Source: Octopus vulgaris
Taxonomy: Eukaryota
Direction: 5' to 3'
Length of the DNA: 64,000 bases
Assembly: GCA_951406725.2 (NCBI GenBank)
Contig: OX597833.1
Span: 29,512,001 to 29,576,000 of the forward strand
Every line of letters begins with the position of its first letter. The first letter of the stretch is position 1. Below, in pieces: positions 54,181 to 64,000 of this stretch. The position numbers were made by a program, and so were the translations under genes. The notes beneath the pieces are model-generated. The model made no database searches. It saw nothing but the letters and a program-made list of their open reading frames with translations, and was not told where the DNA came from.

Positions 54181-54397
54181 GTGAAATAGAAAGATGAATA
54201 ATCTTGTAGTAGATTAATCAAAAGTTTAACCGATACCTTAGTAGCAAAAATCACAGCAGTAAACAGCACGGTTGGAGGTACAACCATATGGTGTTCAATC
54301 GGATTTTGGTAATTTGTGCCTTTCGAAACACGTGTAGAATGAAATAAAACGATTTCTGTTCAATCTGCGTTCAGCTCCATTTCTTCAATTCACCAAT

Positions 54398-54432
<35 letters not shown>

Positions 54433-56112
54433 GGTATACACACACATATTTGTATATATGCAGAACTGCTCATGCAAATCTCAACATATTCATGTTCATG
54501 TGAACACGCTTGCATACATGTATAGATATATAAGTGCATATATCTCCCTGTATGTGTGCACGTGTGCATGTGTGTGTGCATGTGCCCATGTGTATGTATA
54601 TCTATATATGTGTTGTGTGTGCATATGTGAATCTACTGATACTGATAAAGTACACCAAACTGAATAGGATTCTACAAACACATGCAATTATAAAAAGTAA
54701 AAGATAATCACTCATTAAAGAGAATATTAACAGATGCTAAATCATATTCAACACCAACAGAAAAAAAAATAACAGTCTAAAAGTTTAAGCAACCTGACAA
54801 TGGAATTTGCCCAAACATGTCCAAAGTTTCAAAATTCTATTTCAAATAAGGACAATCTTTGAGAAAGATTATAAATGATAATAAATGTGACTGACTTTAG
54901 AGGGCAGATGGAAAAAGCTATATATAGGTTGCTACATGTATCACTGTCAGTGACATTAGCTGTTTATTAAGAACTTCATAAGGTGTAGCTCTTCTGATGT
55001 GTTTAACAAATTAAGTGGTTGCATCAATATATTGTACATTTCAGATAAACAGAGGTTTTTGAATTAATTCAGATGCAAATGTCACTTTGATAATTGAGCA
55101 GTAGCTATTGAAATTGTGGATGTCTATATACTTCAGATCTCAAATATAGTTTGAGAATGTAGTAATATTTCTTCTGAAATAAATAAGTCTTGTTTTTTGC
55201 TGTTAGACCTATAAAATCCTAGATGTAGACCATTACAATTTGTCTGGAATTAATGTAGGATTAAATTATGCATTTCAATTTTGTCAAAAAACCCCATAAA
55301 GATGTCAAAGAATTCTGTGCCATTATGTTTGGCCCAGAAATGTCATCAAAGAAAGTGATGATGTCAATGTCCATGTTTAATCATACTGGAGCATTTACTA
55401 CCAAAAGCTAATGCTTTGCTATTACCTATTAACAAGAGCATCCCATGATGAAGAATATTTTAACTTCACCATGGAATATTACAATGTCTCATTTCATAGA
55501 AATGAATTTAATGAAATATTTGTTACATAAGACACAATAATGCAACTGAAAATGAAAATAATAAAAAGATCATATAGTTTATTTAACTTAAATGTCAGTC
55601 CAAACATTGTTTGACTGTTCTTACTCCTAATAAAAAACACTCACAACAAACTATAAGTACTACAAAAATCTTAATAGTAATAGTGCTACAGCAGGTGTTG
55701 TTGTTGCTGTCAATTTTATCAACAAGTTATCCGGTTACTTTGTGCCTTCAAAGCCATGCGAAGTAAGAGAGCCTTTACTTGAAAAACAGTTAAGTGTTAG
55801 TACCAGGAAGAACATCCAGCTGTAAGCAAATGCCTCAGATACTTTATTTGTCCAATCCATGCAAGCATGGGAAGACATATGTAAAACAAACAAAATATAT
55901 AGAGAGAGTGAGGGAATACTTTTTATTTTGGTTATTACTTCATTAGCACATCGTGCAGGATTCACACCAGCAAAGTACTGGTATATGCCACCCTAAGTCT
56001 TTAATTGGTTCCAGGATACACTGTAGGTAACACTATTTGAAGCAGGTTCGTAGCTCGCAAAATATTTGTTGGGAGTCAAGGATAGTTAGCTCCCCTGTTG
56101 TATGTTCTAGAA

Positions 56113-56397
56113 CAGAGGTTCTAAAATTTTTTGACCCCCCCCCCCCCCTCATGGCCACATATTACCCTCAATGCCCCCAACCCTATTTTTATGTATAAAT
56201 AAATATTTTATATTTTACTAATTTATATATACTATGAATCATTTCATATTTAATATAATATTATAAATTCATAGCATCTCCCAATACACTGCCTTCCTCC
56301 CAATGCCTCTTTTTTATCTACCGCCACCCCCTCGCACCGTCCCCTTAGACACCAGCACCCACCTGAACTCTCTCAATGCCCACTTTGAGAACCTATG
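56113..56397. mobile_element. hAT (Charlie-like) MITE
   Basis: TIRs CAGAGGTTCTAAAA / TTTGAGAACCTATG and an 8-bp TSD TTCTAGAA at 56105-56112 and 56398-56405. Confidence 0.8.
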
Positions 56398-57479
56398 TTC
56401 TAGAACATTCCAAGGAAATATTGGTTAGCTCCCTCTTTGCTAGCATACAAGACATAACTGCAAAACGACACACTGGGGGGCATTAAAAGCCTACTTAAGA
56501 GCGTATTCCAATTGAACTTCCTTTTTCTTCTCTAAGACATGATAAGGTAAACATCAGAGAGAGAGCCAGGCACATGGATTTGATATTCATTTCTTACCAG
56601 CAACTCGCTATGATATTCTACGCCTAGTTCTGGTCTGAAAGTAAATTTTGTAGTTTGAATTCCTATTCTCTCACTATAATCGTGGAACATGGCAAGATGT
56701 TCAGAACCTTTTTCTTCATACTAGATAACTTTATTGAACATTGTGTACTCACTGTATGAGCTTGTTTGTTACGTATGTGAATATAACCTTGGACACGAAG
56801 TTGTTCAAGCATGGACACGAGTGTTGTTATCACTTATTGCACCAGAGGCATTTCACCGCCATTGGATTAATGACTTAGTCCAATTATTAAAGTGTTGACG
56901 TTTTCAGTAGCAACATCCCCCTTAGAACACGACTTAAGTCAAATTGTCCGTCTACAGGATAGGCTAGGCCTGGCCTAGCCTAAACTGCTAACAGCTATTC
57001 CCAGCGCTGTACTTTTTTTATGAATACATTTTCGATAAGACATAGTTAATAAAAACCTATTTTAAGTCTACAGACAAATGTATTAATTATTTTGTAATAT
57101 AGTAAAAAGAAAAACAAAAACTAATTTAGATGGTCATGGTCTCATGCAGTGAAACTATCTAATGATAACTCTGTTCAGAAGGCTGTAATATGTCATACGA
57201 TAAAGGAACACTGTACAATGTATTCATAGAACAAAGCTGCAACTTTAAATACCCTCTTGTGGCCGACTATTTAGGCAGCCACCAGCAGGAGAGATAACTG
57301 CGCCTACACTAAAGTATTTTAAATTTACCAATATGTACAATTTGGTGGTGTTTACATCACTAATAGCCATTCCCTCGTGTTGTACTTTATTTATGAATGC
57401 ATTTTCAACAAGACACGGTTAATAAAAAACTATTTTAAGCTTACAAACAAATAGTTATTATTTTGTAAAACTTTAAATG

Positions 57480-59643
57480 GAATACCCTTCTTATAATACT
57501 TCTCTGCTGCTGGGATAAAATGATTTAAGAACCAATCTTCAAAAGTAACAACTGTAACCCATACTTTTGAATTAGCCCTCCATATAACAGGGATATCTTG
57601 GGTATGTTCTTCAGGGCATGGACGTTGTGTACATGATACACAAGCAGTGGCTTTAACTTAAAATCTTCTGCACAATTACCTCCCAACATTATAGTCACAC
57701 ATTCTTGTAGCCTGTAATTTTTTTTTCCTCCTTGAAATGAATGAATGATCTGGCAATTTCTTCCAACATAATCCAGGCTCATCTACATTGAATATTTGCT
57801 TGGGAAGAAACCCGTTTTCTTCGATGATCTTCAATGTCGCAGGAAATTCCGCTGCTGCATGTTTGTCAGCTGATGCGATTTCACCTTGTTTCTTCAGGAA
57901 GTGATAACTTCTCAGGTTTTTAAATCTCATATACCATCCTTGACTTGCCTTGAACTCCACATCTATCTCATCTGGACATTTTTTTCTTTGGGTCCTCAAA
58001 CAAAGATAACATTTTCATCTGAACGATTTCTTGACTAAGAGTAACATTCTGACAATTCTGCCCATCATTCCAAATAGATAGAAGACTTTCCATTCCTTCA
58101 AAGATTTTGACTTGTGTTGATGTCAGTGTTCTTCATTACTGAGGTTTCATATGTGATGTGTGTTAAAACCTTGTCCTTATTATGCACAATTTATCCTCCA
58201 ACGTTATAGCATGACGCTTAGCTCCTTCACCAGGATTTTTCTTAGGAGGCATGGGGGGCAAAAATTAAAGTGACAAATGAATGTAAACGAGAGAATCTAA
58301 ACGATAAACAGATGTAAACAAATCTGAATTCAAGATAATCGCGGGAATCACAATGATGTCTAACGGTAGATTTTGGAACTAGTAGTGCAACATGAGCTCC
58401 GAAGACAGATAAAGGATCTTTACCTTTTGACTGGCAGATTTAGAAAATAATTTTTTCTAACTAAACACTTCCAAACTTCGTATACTGGTAGAATGTGTCA
58501 TATAAAACAACTTTTACTCTTAGCGTTTTTGAGAAAACTTTATATTTATGAAGTTATTTCATGTTAAAGTTGTCGTATTTCAGTAATTTCAACCAATCAA
58601 CGACGTGTATTCAGTTGAATAAAATTACTGCTGTTGTTTGTCAACAACTATTGAGGGTGTATTTTTCGTTTGTCACTGTTATTTATGACATCGTTCGTGT
58701 GTTTGTACTGGATTCAGCTTTAAGGTTTTAGGGTTAGTGTTAAGGTTTTAGGGTTAGGGTTAGGATTTTAGGGTTAGGGTTTTAGGGTTAGGTTAGGGTT
58801 TTAGGGTTAGGGTTATGGTTTTAGGGTTATGGTTAGGATTTTAGGGTTAGGGTTAGTGTTTTAGGTTAGGGTTGGGGTTGGGGTTGGGGTTGGGGTTGGG
58901 GTTGGGGTTTTAGAGTTAGAGTTACAGAAAAATTGAAAAATGAAGAAATTGGAGGGGTAGGGGTAGGGGGGCAAAAAAGTCTTTCCGAAAATAGTAGCTG
59001 AAAAACAGAAAAAAACTAAAAGCAGTAGAAATGCACGAACGATTATGATGGTGCCATGAAGTAAACATGCTTCAGATACACTCGTTTATTTATACAAACA
59101 TAACTGAGATGAAATATGTCATAAATAACAGTGACAAACGAAATATACCCCGCCAGAAGTTGTTGTTGACAAACAACAGCAGTAATTTAATTCAGCAGAA
59201 TACACGTCATTGATTGGTTGAAATTACTGAAATATGACAACTTCAACATGAAATAACTTCGTAAATATAAAGTTTTCTCAAAAACACTAAGAGTAAAAGA
59301 TGTTTTATATGACACATTCTACCAGTATATGAAAGTGTTTAGTTAGAAAAAATTATTTTCTAAATCTGCCAGTCAAAAGGTAAAGATCCCTTTATGGTGT
59401 ACATTTTAGCATTTACTGTATTTTAATATGGTTTTTTATGCTTTTATTCTTATTTATTTTAACATGATTTTATGTGCTTTTAATGTTTTTTAGTGTTTTT
59501 ACAATTCCAATATTATTGATGGGCCAACGTAAAGTTGAGTAAAATGACTTAACTTGATTTTTATTTTTCCATATACTATTTTTGAAAACTAACATACCTT
59601 TGAGAACAACTTAAATTGTAATGACTTAAGCCAAGGTATCCCT
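57480..59643 (-). mobile_element. pogo/Tigger transposon relic interrupted by a long-TIR element
   Basis: ATG at 58252 gives MPPKKNPGEGAKRHAITLEDKL. Further motifs are FKASQGWYMRFK, QIFNVDEPGLCWKKLP and GGNCAEDFKLKPLLVYH. A Tigger-like end TA|CAGGGATACCTTG lies at 59643. Confidence 0.8.
58414..59390. mobile_element. Non-autonomous element with ~275-bp TIRs and internal telomere-like repeats
   Basis: 58414-58691 is the reverse complement of 59116-59389 (GGATCTTTACCTTTTGACTGGCAGATTTAG ends). The interior 58719-58923 holds TTAGGG/TTTTAGGG/TTGGGG arrays. Confidence 0.85.
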
Positions 59644-60564
59644 GTATTCCAAACTCAAAAGGAGATCTGTAAGGCTACAAGGAATACTTCACAGCTCTGG
59701 TAGGATTAATATAAGCCATATATAGTGAATAATAAAAATAATGATTTAACTGAAGAAAGGAGAAACCAGATTAACATTACAATTGTTTCAATAAACAGGC
59801 GATATTTACTTCATATCTCATACAATGTTAATGGCAGCTGTAATTGTCTTTTAGGGTACCCTACTTGTACAAGATGACAGTGAGGTGATGTAGTGGATGT
59901 AATAGATATTGTTGTTTAGCACAACTTATCCTTGACTGAGTGGACTTATGATCAAAGGCATTCAATAATCACCATCTTATCTTTCGTTCAGACATAAAAT
60001 GAGGACTACATTGTCCAGAGTGTGTTTTGAAGGAAATTTGGCTGCTATTTCTAGCAGATGGAGTGACCAGATCCTCTATTAGTTCATACAATAGATGAAA
60101 TTAAAAGGTAAATGGTGAAGTCCTATGTGGTGCATAAATGGTTTATAACATTTCACACCCAATTAATTTGTTATCAATTTAGAAAGGTTCCAAGATCCCA
60201 AATGCCCTACTTGCACTCATCCACACTTGCTTGTAGTGGATCTTCTAGAGCATGTAAATACGATAGAACACAGAAAAAATGACAGAATAAATTACAACAG
60301 CTTTCTTTATTTCAAACATACAAAATACTCTACTTTGACTTGATCTATGAGACTTAAGAAATCACCTAAGAATGGGGACTGAGGAGGAGTAGAAAGAGGA
60401 GGAGCCTTGTCATTTTGTTTCTTTCTTATTTTATTTTCCCTTCTTTCTTTCCTTTCAGGACTATTAATATAACAAACACAAGGTGAGATAAAAATAGAGA
60501 TAGAAAGAAAGAGAAAGAGAGAGAGAAAGAAAGAAAGAGAGAGAGAAAAGAGTGAGAGAGAGAG

Positions 60565-60618
<54 letters not shown>

Positions 60619-61829
60619 TTTTACTGGATGATCCACTCCATAGGTGAGAACCAGCAAACTGAGGTAATAAATGTTAAAAGGTCAGTCGTTGACCTTTACA
60701 AATAGAAATCATATTAGACACTACACAGTGTTAGCAAATTGTTTTCTGACTGGCATGTTTATTAGATTTTGTTTGTTTATTTCCTTAGTTTGTTTCCATA
60801 ATTTACAAGTATGACTGTAAAGTGTAATGCTATAGATACTCTGTATTGTACATTATACAGGCTGGCAAACACTGAAAAGGTCTGAAGTGTCTCTTTTGTT
60901 CAGTTTGAGGAAAGCATTGGCATATTTCTTAGAAGAAATATGTATGTGACTGACTCTAAAGTATGTGTGTGTATAGTTGCAAATTTAGACAGGTACACAT
61001 ATATACTCACACTCACACACATATAATGTCATGGATATTTAGATATTTGTTCATAAGGCAGGATAGGATAGGTAGGAGCAAGGAGAAACTTATTTCAGGA
61101 TTGTAACAGATTTTTCTTTCATAAAATACCGACGTCTGTTAATATTTTCGTTATTGTTATTATTGTTAATGTGTCTTTTTATTTATTTATTTGTCTCTTT
61201 CATCTGAAATCTAATTGAAGTGACCCATAAGGCTTGATGCTGCCTCATATTCAGTTTGTTAAATCTGACTGGATTTAGCTCTGTAACCATGTGAAGAAGC
61301 TGTGTAAGCAATGGTTCCATAAAACTGGTGCCATGCTAACAGAGCTAGTTAAGTGATGTCACCAAAGTGGACTTACATCAATGGACCCAAGCCAGATCCT
61401 CAACATGTGAAATTTCATGTCATTCCTTAAAACAGTTAAGTTAGATATGGTCTTTTAATTCAATTTTCTTTTCTTTTTTATCATCTTCATCATCATCATT
61501 TAATGTCCGTTTTCCAGACTTGTATGGGTTAGACAGTTTGACAGTAGCTGGCAAGTCAGAGAGCTACACTAGGCTCCAGTCTGTTTTGGTTTGGTTTCTA
61601 TAGCTGTATGCTCTTCCTAATGCCAACAACTCCACAGAGTGTACTGGGTGTTTTTTATGTGTCACTGAGATGGGGGAAATTACTCTGCTTGGTGCAGTGG
61701 TCTAGCTAGAGCATGTGCTGTCTGGGGTGATCTACATACTCTGCAAAAATAATAAACAATGCATATATAAAATGCTTTCCTGCAAAAATTCCACTTGGGG
61801 AAGACCATCTCCTATCCCCCTTTTAGGTA

Positions 61830-62010
61830 TGCTAGTTGGTTGAATATCTGCTAGATATAGCAGTCAAATTTCCCTCAAATCATACCCTACTGTTTTAAAT
61901 ATAAGAATAGAATAAAGATAATGTGGTCCTAGATAGCTGTAAAGACACAAGATGGTCACATCTGGAATATCTTTGATCACAGATCTATTTAATTGGAGCT
62001 GATAGGGTGA
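61830..62010 (+). repeat. Old dispersed repeat family (probable SINE 3' body)
   Basis: CTAGA(A/T)ATAGCAG(C/T)CAAAT..CTCAAATCA(C/T)ACCCT motif, also near 38700-38880, 39790-39945, 40200-40300, 44130-44335, 48985-49110 and 59910-60070(-). Confidence 0.6.
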
Positions 62011-62247
62011 GTAACATTTTTAGGAAAGCATTTTCAGTTGGTTGACATCTTGGGGAGGAACAGCTGAACAAGGGGATCAGAGTCTGAGTAGAGGAAAGTA
62101 AAGAATGTACAATGAGTGTAGCAATGAGAATGTTGAGTGGATTTGGGAGTAGATAGTATGCGACTAGATAGTTCTGAGGAGCAGAGGCAGTTGTAGTAGG
62201 TTTAGTACAGACGAAAGGGGGGGCAGTGTGTTTGAAGGTTAGAGGTT

Positions 62248-64000
62248 TGTTGTGGTGAGAGTCATGACACCCCCTATGAGAATAGACTTGACCAAATGAC
62301 TATAAATAGTGGCAGTCTGAGTGAGAGACAAAGAGAGTAAGCATTAATCACAGGAAGTCATAAGGTGTCATTTTGGTAGTTTGTTGGAATATTGTTTGTT
62401 GGTTTGTGTATAGTCCATGGAGAGTTTGTTGGATTGTTATGTTGTTGTTACCTAGTTTCGTTATATATATAATAGTACATGGTTATAGTGTAAAAAAGTA
62501 TTGCCATAACAATTGACGATACAATATTGGTGATGAGGATTCGAAGCTCACACAGGTCAGTTAACAAATTTTTGTGAGACAAAGTTGTTAATTATGGAAG
62601 ACCTATTAGCTTCTATAATACAGTTGCAAAAACAGCAGCAAGAACAGCAACAGGAGTTGCAGAAACAACTACTCCAGCAACAAGAAAAACAATGACAGTT
62701 AATGGAGCTATGCCTTAAGAAGTCCAGAAACACTATAAGTTCATTTTCACCAGACGGCGTATCGAATTCAATAACAGAATTCAGTTATGACCCAGAGGAG
62801 GGTACAACATTTGCAGTGTACTTTAGAAGGTACAAATAAATCTCTTCAGGGAAGAATGCAAGTCGTGGATGGACGACGGAAAAGTAAGACTATTATTACG
62901 TAAATTAGTGCCAGCTGAACATGAAAAATATTATAATTTCACACTACCCACCAAAACTAGAGAAATTTGTTTCCAGGGAGCAGTCAAACTACTATCAGAA
63001 ATATTCAGTGATAAGAGTTCCCTATTTAACATTCGATGGGAGTGTTGGAATCTAGTTAAAAGAGGGGGTGAAGACTGTCACATATGCCGGGACTGTAAAC
63101 CGAACGTGCAAAAGGTTTAAACTGAAGAAATTAACTCCTGATATGTTTAAGTGCCTCGTTTTTGTACAAGGGCTTACTGCAGACAAAGATGTGGAGATAC
63201 ATGCGAGAATTCTCACAAAACTTGAACGAGTGGACCAAAGTATAACCCTGCAGACAGTTGCAGAGGAGTGTCAAAGAATGGTAAACATGTCAAAATGTAA
63301 AGAAAATTGAAGAGAAGGTGTTCTCACATGTACAAGCATGTCAACTGGGAAGGTATAAACAAAAAAAAGTTAAGACGAAACCCATGCTACTGATGTGGAA
63401 CACTACATTTCTGGAAGGATTGTCCTTTCAAAATGCAAAAATGTTACAGTTGCCAAAAAGTAGGACACAAGAGTTCACATTGCAGAGCAAAGTTAGGAAA
63501 ATCAAATATAAAAAATTGTAAAGTTTTCTCAACGGAAAGTGGAAGCGACACCAAAAAGAGGAAATTTGTACATGTAAAAATAAATGAAGTGAATATTAAA
63601 TTACAACTAGATACTAGTAGCAACATCTCAATTATTAATACCAACACGGGGAAAAACATTGAAAATTACACGAGGCATGACAGGTGAAAATCTACGCTTC
63701 ATAGGTGAAATATTGAGTGATATCACATTTTGGGGAAAAACCTGTAGAGCAAAAGTTTCCATGGTAAAAAATCTGTTCAGTACAGACTGTTTGGAGTTGT
63801 TTGACTTATGAGACTCCCCCACCCCATAAGTCTGTTCCATAAAAATATAAATGGCTGCCCCACCAGTGAAAATAATTCAGCAGCTGAATTGAAGTAAAAA
63901 TTTAAAAACTTGTCTCCTGAAGTGCTGTTGAATAAATTAGGTCTCTGTTCTAAGACTGAAGCCTGTTTTCAAATAAAGGAAAATGTCGTACCTATATTCA
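62248..64000 (+). mobile_element. Ty3/Gypsy LTR retrotransposon 5' part (LTR, PBS, gag, protease), decayed, continuing past the window
   Basis: Putative LTR TGT...ACA about 62248-62523 with TATAAATA at 62301 and PBS-like TGGTGATGAG at 62528. Gag starts at ATG ~62595 (Q-rich; FSYDPEEGTTFAVYFRRY; KVRLLLRKL). Two knuckles (CY*CGTLHFWKDC, CYSCQKVGHKSSHC) and protease motif LQLDTSS. Confidence 0.85.

Noticed and set aside
58719-58923. True telomere or chromosome-fusion site
   Set aside because: Short, degenerate, single orientation, and enclosed by the TIRs of a mobile element.
60307-60657. 116-aa minus-strand ORF and a signal-peptide-like MTRLLLFLLLLSPHS in another frame
   Set aside because: The ORF is largely (CT)n-derived and the hydrophobic peptide stops after 15 codons.

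Overview
Eukaryotic, AT-rich, almost entirely repeat-derived DNA with no confidently identifiable host gene. The SINE/RTE repertoire, (TA)n/(CA)n/(CAT)n tracts and TTAGGG repeats suggest a mollusc, most likely Octopus (inference from sequence style only). Identifiable elements: a near-intact RTE LINE with a PHD-like finger inside its RT, RTE-BovB, CR1-like and Tx1/L1 fragments, several Penelope-like (GIY-YIG) elements, Helitrons, Tc1/mariner and pogo/Tigger relics, a hAT MITE, a Gypsy LTR element running off the right end, and many tRNA-derived SINEs. The main hidden structure is about ten type I hammerhead ribozyme (HHR) motifs found by eye, eight of them between 9 and 21 kb, most next to (TA)n tracts. 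They include a retrozyme-like direct-repeat unit (predicted 466-nt monomer) that has received an ORF1-only CCHC retroelement with a 39-bp duplication, and fold-back palindromes made of two outward-facing ribozyme units, two with a U3-A8 core variant. Other notable items are a 42-nt 3' tail shared between SINEs and a Tx1 LINE, and a long-TIR element carrying telomere-like repeats. All structures were folded and aligned by eye, and boundaries are approximate unless motifs are quoted.
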